This document shows positions 53,714 to 62,538 of a DNA stretch of 64,000 nucleotides, piece by piece. The stretch comes from a virus, in IMG/VR virus record IMGVR_UViG_3300005827_000042, positions 1 to 64,000 of that record; one strand, given 5' to 3'. The notes under the pieces were generated by a model. That model saw only the letters and a program-made list of their open reading frames with translations, was not told the DNA's origin and did no database searches. The position numbers and the translations under genes are program-made. Numbering within the stretch: position 1 is the first letter of the stretch; each line of letters begins with the position of its first letter.

Positions 53714-55798
53714 ATGGATTTTATTGAGTTTCAAGGGTTGTTCTCCAAACAATCGGAGAAAGTGCTCCGTTTAGGGGCAGAGTTCGACAACCTGTATGTG
53801 CTGGACATTCAACCGGACCTGCTTTGGGAAACCTATTTGGAGAGCTTCCCCCCGCAGTTCAATCAGGTTTTCAGAGAGCGCCGTGCGCACGATTGCTCGA
53901 CCTGCCGTCATGTCGTCAAGGCAGTTGGCGCACTGGTAGCCATTGACGATATGTTCAACGTCGTCAGTGTGTGGGACTTCGACCCCGACGATGACGAGTA
54001 TCAGCCGGTGGTTTACGCTATGCGTAAACTGCTGGACAAGGAGATTGATCGGGTGTTCTTGTCGAAGGTAACAAACATCGGAACCCGTGCCAACATCGAG
54101 GAGTTGGATAACGGGGATTTGCTGGAGTGGAACCACTTGCACATTGACATCCCGCACAGGTATGTGACGCAGGATGTGGGCGCTGAGATGGAAAAGAAGC
54201 GCGCATTGAAACACGTATTCGGCCGGTCGCTCAGTGAGATTGGCCCGGAGGCAGTACAGACCACTCTCGACCTGATTGAAGAAGGCAACCTCATCCGGGG
54301 GGATGAGTGGAAGGGGCCGCTCACTCACTTCCAAACATTGCAGAATGAATACCTGCAACTGAGTGAACGGAAGAAGGGCCGCTTCGTGTGGCGTGTGTCG
54401 GCGTCAGTCGGCCCCGCCATTGCCAAGATTCGGAACCACTCAATCGGTACTCTCCTGACTGATCTGTCGGATGGGTTGGATGTTGAGCAGGCCATTCGCA
54501 AATGGGAATCAGTGATGGCCCCGGCCAATTACAAGAGGCCGAAGGCAGTATTCACTGCCCGCATGGTTGAGCAGGCCAAGCAGGTGGTGGCTGAGCTGGG
54601 TCTGGAGGATAGCCTGTATCGCAGGTTCGCTATCCTGTCCGATCTGACAATCAACAACGTGTTATGGGCGAACCGCAACGCCAATAAGGGCGGCGGCAGG
54701 CTGTCCATGTTCGATGAACTGAAGGATACTGTGCCGGTAAACATGGCACAGGTCGAACGTGCCCCTGCCATGGGCATTGACGAGTTCATGGAACGGTTGG
54801 ATGAAGTGAAGAGCCTTGAGCTTCTCTTCACATCTCAACACCAGGGCAGTCTGGTGTCGTTGATTGCACCGGAATATCCGGATGCTGCCCCCCTGTTCAA
54901 ATGGGGGAACAACTTCTCGTGGGCATATAACGGGAATATCACGGACTCGGACATTCGCCGCTCTGTGCAGGAACGCGGAGGTCGAGTAGATGGTGTGTTT
55001 CGTTTCTCCCATTCGTGGAACCACCCCGGTCGGCGTAACAGTTCACTGATGGACCTTCACGTATTCATGCCGTCAGCCACAGTGCGAGAAGGAAACGAAA
55101 TCAGTGACCACTATGGTCACGGGCGTCGCATTGGTTGGAATAGCAGGAATGACCCACTGTCCCAGGGTATCCAGGATGTGGACTATACAGATGAGGCTCC
55201 GGATGGTTATATCCCGGTGGAGAATATAACCTTCCCGTCGTTGGAACGTATGCCCGAAGGAACGTATGTGTGTAAGGTCCATAACTGGCGCTTCCGTGCC
55301 CCTACCACTGGAGGATTTCGTGCGGAGATTGAGTTCGGTGGTCAGGTATTTCAGTATGACTACCCCGAACCTCTGAAGGTTAAGGAATGGGTCACGGTTG
55401 CGACTGTGAAATTTGAGGACAACAAGTTCTCTATCAAACACTTTCTCCAGCCGTCCAATATGTCGAGTGTGAAGGTGTGGGGTATCAACACAAATCAATT
55501 CCATCCGGTGAGTACAGTGATGTACTCACCCAATCACTGGGATGGGCAGGGCGTTGGTAACCGGCACTACATCTTCAACCTGCTTGGGTGTATCAATGAT
55601 GGCCAGCCGAACGGATTCTTCAATGAGTTTCTTCGGGATGATTTCCTCCAGCATCGAAAGGTGTTTGAGGCGCTCGGCGGCAAGATGAAGGTGGCCCCGT
55701 CCACCGATCAAGTATCCGGCCTGGGTTTCAGTTCGACCCAGCGTAACAGTGTGATTGCACGGGTGAATGGAAAGTCACTCGTCAAGATCGTATTCTAA
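53714..55798 (+). CDS. large conserved-looking hypothetical protein (694 aa)
   Basis: GGAGAG RBS. N-terminal FRERRAHDCSTCRH Cys/His motif. C-terminal region has SLMDLHVFMP...VENITFP...GTYVCKV blocks. No family confidently recognised. Confidence 0.6.
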   Translation: MDFIEFQGLFSKQSEKVLRLGAEFDNLYVLDIQPDLLWETYLESFPPQFNQVFRERRAHDCSTCRHVVKAVGALVAIDDMFNVVSVWDFDPDDDEYQPVVYAMRKLLDKEIDRVFLSKVTNIGTRANIEELDNGDLLEWNHLHIDIPHRYVTQDVGAEMEKKRALKHVFGRSLSEIGPEAVQTTLDLIEEGNLIRGDEWKGPLTHFQTLQNEYLQLSERKKGRFVWRVSASVGPAIAKIRNHSIGTLLTDLSDGLDVEQAIRKWESVMAPANYKRPKAVFTARMVEQAKQVVAELGLEDSLYRRFAILSDLTINNVLWANRNANKGGGRLSMFDELKDTVPVNMAQVERAPAMGIDEFMERLDEVKSLELLFTSQHQGSLVSLIAPEYPDAAPLFKWGNNFSWAYNGNITDSDIRRSVQERGGRVDGVFRFSHSWNHPGRRNSSLMDLHVFMPSATVREGNEISDHYGHGRRIGWNSRNDPLSQGIQDVDYTDEAPDGYIPVENITFPSLERMPEGTYVCKVHNWRFRAPTTGGFRAEIEFGGQVFQYDYPEPLKVKEWVTVATVKFEDNKFSIKHFLQPSNMSSVKVWGINTNQFHPVSTVMYSPNHWDGQGVGNRHYIFNLLGCINDGQPNGFFNEFLRDDFLQHRKVFEALGGKMKVAPSTDQVSGLGFSSTQRNSVIARVNGKSLVKIVF

Positions 55799-55831
55799 TT
55801 CATTCAGAAAGACAGACAAAGGAGAAATAAA

Positions 55832-56209
55832 ATGAGCGACAATATCTTTGAAATGGCTACTCGTGGTAAGTTGCGCTTCCAGTACAAGGGGTTCGTTTCC
55901 ACGGAAGACCTGTGGGATCTGAACCCGCATCAGTTGAACGAGGTGTTCAAGAATATCCAGGCTGCTCAGGCGAAGTTGGCCGGGGCCAGCCTGCTGAATG
56001 ACCTGTCTCCGGAGCAGAAAGAGCTTGCTCTGATGGAAGAAATCGTTCGCCACATCTTCCAGGTGAAGATGGAAGAGAAGGAACGCCGCGAGCAGGAGGC
56101 TACGGAGCGCCAGCGCAAGGCGCGCATCAAGGAAATCCTTGCCCGTAAGGGTGAGGAAGCCCTGAATAATCTGTCGGAAGAAGAACTCCGGAAGATGCTG
56201 GAAGAATAA
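55832..56209 (+). CDS. coiled-coil hypothetical protein
   Basis: 125 aa, GGAG RBS, charged C-terminal helix. Confidence 0.55.
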   Translation: MSDNIFEMATRGKLRFQYKGFVSTEDLWDLNPHQLNEVFKNIQAAQAKLAGASLLNDLSPEQKELALMEEIVRHIFQVKMEEKERREQEATERQRKARIKEILARKGEEALNNLSEEELRKMLEE

Positions 56210-56217
56210 CGGGCAGT

Positions 56218-56283
56218 GGATGGGCATTAGTGATAATGCCCATCCAATATAAGTACACTATGAAACCATAGTGTACTTATATT
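56218..56283 (+). terminator. tandem perfect hairpins (11-bp and 16-bp stems)
   Basis: GGATGGGCATT-agtgat-AATGCCCATCC (56218-56245), then AATATAAGTACACTAT-gaaacc-ATAGTGTACTTATATT (56246-56283). Confidence 0.65.
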
Positions 56284-56315
56284 GGATGCAATCTAACCAA
56301 ACTAAGGAGAGTGAG

Positions 56316-56741
56316 ATGGAAACTATCTTATCTATTACGGGTGTAAGCCTTTCAGAAGACGCTGAGTATGGTGATGAGGGATATAAGGTCACCACTACCG
56401 ATGGAGAAATCAATCTTATGATTGATGCTCACCAAGAATGTTGTGAGGTTACTGGGTTCTTTTGGTGTAATGATGATCCGCAAGAGTTTATCGGGTCAAA
56501 CTTACTGGACATCCGACTTACTGACAAGGCATTGAACCCCGTTGTATATGATCGGAATTACCCGCCTACCCAGGCAGATTACTGGATTGAGGAGAACTAT
56601 GAGTGCGGAGATATTGTCTTCGTTGATCTGGTAACTGACATGGGCGTGCTGCAATTTGTGGCATATAACCGACACAACGGTTGTTACGGACATGACGTAA
56701 CAATCAGAAGTCGCCGGTTCAATTACAAGACTACGCTATAG
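56316..56741 (+). CDS. hypothetical protein
   Basis: Start at ATG 56316 (AAGGAG RBS), 141 aa. Confidence 0.5.
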   Translation: METILSITGVSLSEDAEYGDEGYKVTTTDGEINLMIDAHQECCEVTGFFWCNDDPQEFIGSNLLDIRLTDKALNPVVYDRNYPPTQADYWIEENYECGDIVFVDLVTDMGVLQFVAYNRHNGCYGHDVTIRSRRFNYKTTL

Positions 56742-56752
56742 GAGAGTGTAAT

Positions 56753-57256
56753 ATGCCTAACGAATTTTTGTTTCATGCCTATATGGACCCCGACAATGGT
56801 GACACTCTGATCTGCTATCCGATACATGAAATGCTTGCAAAGGAAATACGATATCGCTGTGTGGATGTGCAGTTTTCAAGTATGGAAGACCTGCTGAAAT
56901 GGTGGAAAGGCGTAGACAGTGGCGCTATTCGGTTTGGTGATGGTGATAAGAGTAGTGCCCTTATTCACCTGACCCTTGCGACTGAAGAGAAGCACAGATA
57001 TATCCTAACCTGTGAAGATGCTTCCCATCTTGGTGGGCCTATGGGTACTGAGTACACCACGCATGTATTCAGTAAAGGATTCGGTTCAATCAGTGATGCA
57101 CAGCAATATGCAACTGATTATCAAGGTAAACAGTATCGAAAGGATTATGAGGGGCAGAGGTGGCCCAAGTATGCGACGTGGAGAGATTGGAAAGACGGCC
57201 ACATTTCGTGTGACTCGGGGCTATATATCTGGACAATCAAAGAGGAGAAAGAATGA
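56753..57256 (+). CDS. hypothetical protein
   Basis: 167-aa ORF, GGAG RBS. Confidence 0.5.
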   Translation: MPNEFLFHAYMDPDNGDTLICYPIHEMLAKEIRYRCVDVQFSSMEDLLKWWKGVDSGAIRFGDGDKSSALIHLTLATEEKHRYILTCEDASHLGGPMGTEYTTHVFSKGFGSISDAQQYATDYQGKQYRKDYEGQRWPKYATWRDWKDGHISCDSGLYIWTIKEEKE

Positions 57257-57471
57257 TCGCACACTTAAACGTACAGATGGACAATGATTTCTACTTTGTT
57301 TGCTTCCCGATGAACGAAGAAGAATATAAAGAGAACAAAGGAAACCGGGAAGAGTTAGAGTTTGCATCTTGGAATGATTTCTTGGGTTGGTTGGATAGCA
57401 AGAGAGAAGAACTCTACGAACAAGACATATACGATTATTACGTTCGATGTAATATTCAGGTAGGAGGATAA
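57253..57471 (+). CDS. hypothetical protein
   Basis: 72-aa ORF, ATGA overlap. Confidence 0.5.
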   Translation: MIAHLNVQMDNDFYFVCFPMNEEEYKENKGNREELEFASWNDFLGWLDSKREELYEQDIYDYYVRCNIQVGG

Positions 57472-57472
57472 T

Positions 57473-57775
57473 ATGGATACGATTGAAAACGCACTTCAGT
57501 GTGCAATGAGGTGGGCCGGAGTGTTTGAAGAAATCCCCACTCTCCATACCATTGGAGATGTTGACCGGTGGGCAACGGAACACAATCTGAAGACTTGCTA
57601 TTATAGCAAGGGGTTTGTTACATCCAGTCCTGCTGTCGTGGCACTGGAAAAGAAAGGCACCGAGCGTGTAAGTTGGGTGTTTGTATCCAACCCTCTGGCC
57701 CTTGATAACGAAAAGATTATTGGTGCGATTATTGGGTGGGAGGAATATATGATGTGCAATAAGAGGTATGAATAA
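57473..57775 (+). CDS. hypothetical protein
   Basis: 100-aa ORF, GGAGG RBS. Confidence 0.5.
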   Translation: MDTIENALQCAMRWAGVFEEIPTLHTIGDVDRWATEHNLKTCYYSKGFVTSSPAVVALEKKGTERVSWVFVSNPLALDNEKIIGAIIGWEEYMMCNKRYE

Positions 57776-57977
57776 GATGGAAAAACCGATAGTAATTTCT
57801 CTTGGGAGTTATGCCGTGTGGATGGGGGTGCTTCAAGCACTTGTAGAGAAGGGGTATATGCTTACCTATATTTGTATCTATGTTCAATTATTTCCTGGTA
57901 CTACGGTTAGTGAAGCGGAAGAACAATACTTGAAAGACTCCGCTGAATATTTCGCCAAGAGTACCGTTATCAAATAA
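57768..57977 (+). CDS. hypothetical protein
   Basis: 69-aa ORF. Alternative start at ATG 57777. Confidence 0.45.
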   Translation: MNKMEKPIVISLGSYAVWMGVLQALVEKGYMLTYICIYVQLFPGTTVSEAEEQYLKDSAEYFAKSTVIK

Positions 57978-58025
57978 ATATCGTGGAAATTCTTCCACGT
58001 ATATATTCATAATAAGGAGAATAAG

Positions 58026-58583
58026 ATGAACAGTAATAAGGGCTTTGAAGGAATCTGGATTGTGCCGGTTGTGGTTGGTGTTCTTACTTTCATGATCTTG
58101 GCTATGGTAAACGGCGCGAAGAATCAGGCTATCTCTCTGGAAGAGTCCATGTCCGAGGCCAAGTCCACCATCATGGTGACTGAGAAGCGTGAGGTTGACC
58201 TCATCATGAAGCTGGTCCAGGTGGTTGAACAGGCCAGTAAGTATGAGCAGTCCACCATGCTTATGGTGATTGAGGCCCGTAAGCTGGCGTCGGCTGGCAA
58301 GGTGGAAGAAGCTCTCACTGCCATCAATGTGGTGGCTGAAGCGTACCCTCAACTGAAGGCCAACGAAACCTACGTCACATTGATGACGGAGCTTTCCGTG
58401 TCGGCCAATCTGAAGAATGGGGCGCGGCAGAACTACAACACCTATGTGGGGATGTATCGCAAGCATGTCCGCACCTGGCCGAACTCTGAATTCCTTAGCC
58501 TGTCTGGGTATGTGGTGAAAAATGTGGAGTACCTTGAATACTCCACTGAAAAAACCAAATTGCCCGATCAGTTGTTCAAGTAA
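58026..58583 (+). CDS. LemA-family membrane protein
   Basis: N-terminal TM. EKREVDLIMKLVQVVEQASKYEQ, AEAYPQLKANETY and ARQNYNTYVGMY match the LemA pattern. Confidence 0.7.
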   Translation: MNSNKGFEGIWIVPVVVGVLTFMILAMVNGAKNQAISLEESMSEAKSTIMVTEKREVDLIMKLVQVVEQASKYEQSTMLMVIEARKLASAGKVEEALTAINVVAEAYPQLKANETYVTLMTELSVSANLKNGARQNYNTYVGMYRKHVRTWPNSEFLSLSGYVVKNVEYLEYSTEKTKLPDQLFK

Positions 58584-58586
58584 GCC

Positions 58587-59402
58587 ATGGATAATTCGGA
58601 GATTACTCCCAAGGAGATTGCAATTGGGGCGGGGATTGTGCTCATCCTGATCGCTATTGCAATTCTTCTCAACCCTGCGGTGAAGGCTCCGATCCTTGCC
58701 CGTATCCATAAGTTAGAGACTGCATTGAAGGTTACTGATCCTGTAACCCTGGAATATTCCAGGGTTACAGAGGTCGGCAATGTGTTGGCTTATGGAAACC
58801 TCGAGGCAAGTGATCCTGTACAAATTCCTGATCTGACCAATAAGTATTCAATCATACGAAAGGAGCACGAACACTACACCAGACACACACGCTCGGTATG
58901 TGCAAGTACAGATAAGAAAGGTAACTGTACCAGTTATAGGGAGGAAGTGTATTATACGTGGGATAATGTTGGTGATGAGGAGTGGATGTCCACTACCTAT
59001 GTATTCTTAGGCCAGTCATTCTCAGCATCCAGTATTGCATTGCCCTCTGGTAATCGCTTGGATCTGACTGCTGACACGGTGTCAAGTCACCTTCTCTCAT
59101 ATGTTGGCGGCAACTATGTGTATGAAAGTGAGGGGTGGCTTGGCCCTGGTGGTGATGACCGCTGGTACTACCGAGTAGTGCCTACAAGTTATGCCATCAC
59201 CATGTTCCTCGTATGTAAGGACAAAGTAATTCGATCCGAAGATGGCAACCGCATTCCTACATATGTTGGAACCACTCCCGAACAATTGATTCAAGGAGAA
59301 AAAGATTATTATGAGTCTGTGGATATTTGGTATTACCTCATTGTTGGGTTCTTTGGATTGTTTATAGCCGTCTGGTTTGCTAGTAGTTTTGACATTCAAT
59401 AA
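58587..59402 (+). CDS. bitopic membrane protein (LemA partner position)
   Basis: 271 aa with TM helices at both termini. Follows the LemA gene by 3 nt. Confidence 0.5.
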   Translation: MDNSEITPKEIAIGAGIVLILIAIAILLNPAVKAPILARIHKLETALKVTDPVTLEYSRVTEVGNVLAYGNLEASDPVQIPDLTNKYSIIRKEHEHYTRHTRSVCASTDKKGNCTSYREEVYYTWDNVGDEEWMSTTYVFLGQSFSASSIALPSGNRLDLTADTVSSHLLSYVGGNYVYESEGWLGPGGDDRWYYRVVPTSYAITMFLVCKDKVIRSEDGNRIPTYVGTTPEQLIQGEKDYYESVDIWYYLIVGFFGLFIAVWFASSFDIQ

Positions 59403-59413
59403 GGAGAATTGAG

Positions 59414-59599
59414 ATGCCGTCCTTTATTCCGAAAGAAGATGAGTATGCTTATGCACGTAAACAGGCGTGGAACGCCTTCTTCAATGGTGGTCAAGTCATC
59501 GGCCAGTTCGTTTTGTTTTGGCTGACCTTGCTTCCCAAAAGTATGGCCGCCGCTGTTCGGTTCATGATGGAAAATGGAAAGGCAGACGATGAAGACTGA
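59414..59599 (+). CDS. hypothetical protein
   Basis: 61 aa. Conserved junction cassette and RBS upstream. Confidence 0.45.
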   Translation: MPSFIPKEDEYAYARKQAWNAFFNGGQVIGQFVLFWLTLLPKSMAAAVRFMMENGKADDED

Positions 59600-59795
59600 G
59601 TGGGTCACAGGGTACCTGTATACCATTTATCATACAACCACACTCAAATATGGCGATTTGGTATTGAAGGTGTGGGTAGATGGGATTGAGCCTATCTATA
59701 TTACTGGTATGGAAGACAGTAGTCTTATTGGTGGTCCGAAGATACTTACAGAGCCTGAGTTTTTAGATTTATACAGCCTTACTTGTCTTCCCTAA
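59574..59795 (+). CDS. hypothetical protein
   Basis: 73-aa ORF. Alternative start at ATG 59589 with a GGAAAGG RBS. Confidence 0.45.
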   Translation: MERQTMKTEWVTGYLYTIYHTTTLKYGDLVLKVWVDGIEPIYITGMEDSSLIGGPKILTEPEFLDLYSLTCLP

Positions 59796-59812
59796 TGGAA
59801 TCACTAATCTAA

Positions 59813-59855
59813 ATCTAATGCAGTTTACTAAGAGACATAGTAAACTGCATTAGAT
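59813..59855 (+). terminator. 18-bp perfect hairpin terminator
   Basis: ATCTAATGCAGTTTACTA-agagaca-TAGTAAACTGCATTAGAT followed by ATTTAAT. Confidence 0.7.
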
Positions 59856-59876
59856 ATTTAATAAGGAGACGTGTAT

Positions 59877-59957
59877 ATGAACAAGTGGCAATTGGCTGAC
59901 TGTTTGCTTATTATCGCCGGTATCTTTCTCATCTGTGCTGCCATGTGTATTCGATAA
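59877..59957 (+). CDS. 26-aa hydrophobic peptide (tentative)
   Basis: AAGGAG RBS. Sequence MNKWQLADCLLIIAGIFLICAAMCIR, read by hand. Confidence 0.3.
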   Translation: MNKWQLADCLLIIAGIFLICAAMCIR

Positions 59958-60025
59958 TGTAAGAAAGACCTGTCAGGTCATTTGGGCGGTGTGCAAAACT
60001 GGAAACGGAAAATTTCCAGGGAAAG

Positions 60026-61522
60026 GTGGAGAGAATGGAGAATATTCAGGGAAAGATTTTCAGTAACGTAGGGGGTGCACTCTACCAGATGGGTACTGAT
60101 CTGGTGGAAGTATGCCCCAATACTATCCACGGTGAGAATCAGAACGGGATTGAGTACGTTTCTCCCGCTTTCTATGATAATTTCTACACCAACATCCTTT
60201 ACGGCATGGTACGTGAGCGGTGGGATGCTTTCACTGTGGGGTGGTTCACGCATGTGAAAGAAAAATACAACGAAATGTACCGGCGCATGGGTATGAGCCT
60301 TGAAAATTATGTACGCACTAGGGACGATGGTCAGCTTTCCAGCTTATATGACCTGGACTTCAATCCAGAACAGTATGTGCTTCGCCTGTACTTTCGGGAT
60401 GCAATCAGAACCCTTGAATGTAATGTGAATGAGGTGGTGAATAGCTTCGCTTACTTATCAATGATTTCCTATGGGCGATTGCTACTAGATCAGGGGGACT
60501 GGCTATCACCGGCCTACTGGATGAGTATGGCTACAAGCCTGGAATCTGACATGAATGATATTGGTACTGATCCGGTTACTCGTGACGGTCGCTTCTCAAA
60601 ACGGGTCAGTGCCTATTACTGGAAAAAATACGGATACCGCATGAGCAAGGAACAAATTACTGCCATCGGTAATCTGTATAACCAATTCAGCAACACCAGT
60701 AAGACGTTCAAGTTGAAGATAACGAACAACTTCAACTGGAGTGATGGGGAGTTTGGTAAAGGTGACTCGTGTTGGTGGGGCTGTTATGGGGACAGTCGTG
60801 CCACCTTATGGAATTCAGGTGGGTATGCGGCGCTGTTCTATGATGACTCCATGAACGGTATCGGCAGGTTCTGGATTCTCCCGATCAATGATGATCTGGT
60901 GATTGGATTCAATCCTTACGGAGTTCAACCGAAGGATGCGGCTGCATGTGTGGCGCGGTTGATGGAAACGATAACGAACAAGCGGTGGGTGTATGGGAAG
61001 CGGGATTTCAGGAATGTGGCACGCAATAATTCCTATTACCCGTATATCAACGGTTCAAATGGACGTAACAACGATGATGGGTCAATTGTTTATGCTATCT
61101 ATACTGAGGGAAACCCGCCGAGTAATCCCATTGAGGTCTGGATTGATCGCCACACAGGGGTCTTCGAGCACGAGAATGGTGCAGTATGCCCGCACTGCAA
61201 TATCATATTTGATGCCCACCACATTATTACTGCGCTGGATGGAGACGGCGCTACGATATTTCAGGGGTGTAGTGAGTGTGCTCATAGTGTAGTAGATAGG
61301 TATTGCAGGTGCGCACCCTGTGGACGCTACTTCACAGAGGAACAAACCCATACCCATATCAACGGCTTTCGAGTATGTACGAGATGTTACAACTCCAGAC
61401 TGGAAAACTACGGCCCTGATTCTGTGCAAACTTGTGGAATTTGCGGTTGTGTGACCTACGATGCCTGGAATTCTGGGTATATCACCATAGACGGTGTAAA
61501 CCACTGCCCTCAGTGCTACTGA
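60026..61522 (+). CDS. paralogue A of a tandem protein family; Cys-rich C-terminal extension
   Basis: 498 aa (GTG 60026 or ATG 60035). Shares the block ..ITNNF.W.DG.[FY]GK.DSCWWG.Y..SR.TL[WY]NSGGY..LFY..GIGR.W..P.. with 62539-63768. Multiple CxxC pairs at the C-terminus. Confidence 0.6.
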   Translation: MERMENIQGKIFSNVGGALYQMGTDLVEVCPNTIHGENQNGIEYVSPAFYDNFYTNILYGMVRERWDAFTVGWFTHVKEKYNEMYRRMGMSLENYVRTRDDGQLSSLYDLDFNPEQYVLRLYFRDAIRTLECNVNEVVNSFAYLSMISYGRLLLDQGDWLSPAYWMSMATSLESDMNDIGTDPVTRDGRFSKRVSAYYWKKYGYRMSKEQITAIGNLYNQFSNTSKTFKLKITNNFNWSDGEFGKGDSCWWGCYGDSRATLWNSGGYAALFYDDSMNGIGRFWILPINDDLVIGFNPYGVQPKDAAACVARLMETITNKRWVYGKRDFRNVARNNSYYPYINGSNGRNNDDGSIVYAIYTEGNPPSNPIEVWIDRHTGVFEHENGAVCPHCNIIFDAHHIITALDGDGATIFQGCSECAHSVVDRYCRCAPCGRYFTEEQTHTHINGFRVCTRCYNSRLENYGPDSVQTCGICGCVTYDAWNSGYITIDGVNHCPQCY

Positions 61523-61533
61523 TAAAAGGAGAA

Positions 61534-62526
61534 ATGATGAATAAGAGATACGATCTTTCAAAACTGAAATACTTCCTTGATGCCACCACGGATGAATTGG
61601 TGAGTCTGTTCACGTTTGGGCCGCAAGAATACGGATTTATTGACAACGATAGTTCCGTGTTAGGGGTAGTGCATCTGGACACGGTTGCCATGGGGAAGCC
61701 CAAAACATCAATCAAAAAGACGATCAGCGGGGATACAGTCATAAATAGTATCAACCTGGACGACCGGTTAGGGCTGTGGATACTTCTCGATGTGCTGCCC
61801 AAAATGGGGGTTGTGGTTGATGTCCTTCTCACAGATCATGAGGAAGAGGGACGATCGACATCTATGTTCTTTGACCCTAAGAAGAAGAAATACAATTGGA
61901 TGTTTCAGTTCGACCGTAGGGCGCACGCCTGTGCGGTTCTCTATCAGTATGAGTCCAAAGAGATTCGTGAAATTCTTGAGGAATATGGATTTGATGTACA
62001 GCGTGGTACGTTCTCTGACATCTCCTATCTGGATGGGTTGGGATGTGTAGGTATTAACTTTGGTTGCGGATATGTTGATGAACACACCTCTCGTTGTATG
62101 GCACGCTTATCCTGGGTGGATGTGGCAGTGAAGATGTTCGTGGAGTTTTTCAATGACTTCAAGGACATCAAGATGCCGTATGTGTTCAAACTCGCCCCGG
62201 CATATCACCAACGCCTTCCTTTAGTCGGAGGCGCATCTGGGCTAAAGGTCACTACCAACCAAGTCTCAAGTAATATCTGTCCCTGGTGTAGTGTAGAGAT
62301 GACATATGATGAAATGCTTCGGTTTGGTGTATGTGAAGATTGCTATATGTGGGAACAGCACCACCCGATTGGTAGGGTCGAGCCGAAGTCAGACACCTGT
62401 ATTTCTTGTGGTGTTCTTACTGAGGATGATGATTTGGTAGAAGGATACTGTATCAACTGTTTGGAAGTGTTACGCAGCATTATCAACAAAGAGAATCCGG
62501 AATATTCTGATGACGACGAAGAATAA
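61534..62526 (+). CDS. clan MH (M42/M28/M20-like) metallopeptidase with C-terminal zinc ribbons
   Basis: Ordered metal-ligand motifs VVHLDTV, NLDDRLG, TDHEEEG, FQFDRR and YVDEHT. C-terminal CPWC..CEDC and CISC..CINC. Acidic tail YSDDDEE. Confidence 0.6.
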   Translation: MMNKRYDLSKLKYFLDATTDELVSLFTFGPQEYGFIDNDSSVLGVVHLDTVAMGKPKTSIKKTISGDTVINSINLDDRLGLWILLDVLPKMGVVVDVLLTDHEEEGRSTSMFFDPKKKKYNWMFQFDRRAHACAVLYQYESKEIREILEEYGFDVQRGTFSDISYLDGLGCVGINFGCGYVDEHTSRCMARLSWVDVAVKMFVEFFNDFKDIKMPYVFKLAPAYHQRLPLVGGASGLKVTTNQVSSNICPWCSVEMTYDEMLRFGVCEDCYMWEQHHPIGRVEPKSDTCISCGVLTEDDDLVEGYCINCLEVLRSIINKENPEYSDDDEE

Positions 62527-62538
62527 ATAACAAGGGAG

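Noticed and set aside
53771-54358. 195-aa - strand ORF, with several shorter ones up to 55504
   Set aside because: They are antisense to the 694-aa + strand gene and have no RBS or coherent motifs.
57888-58709. 273-aa - strand ORF
   Set aside because: It is antisense to the LemA-family gene and its neighbours. It is His/Leu/Arg-rich with a non-ATG start.
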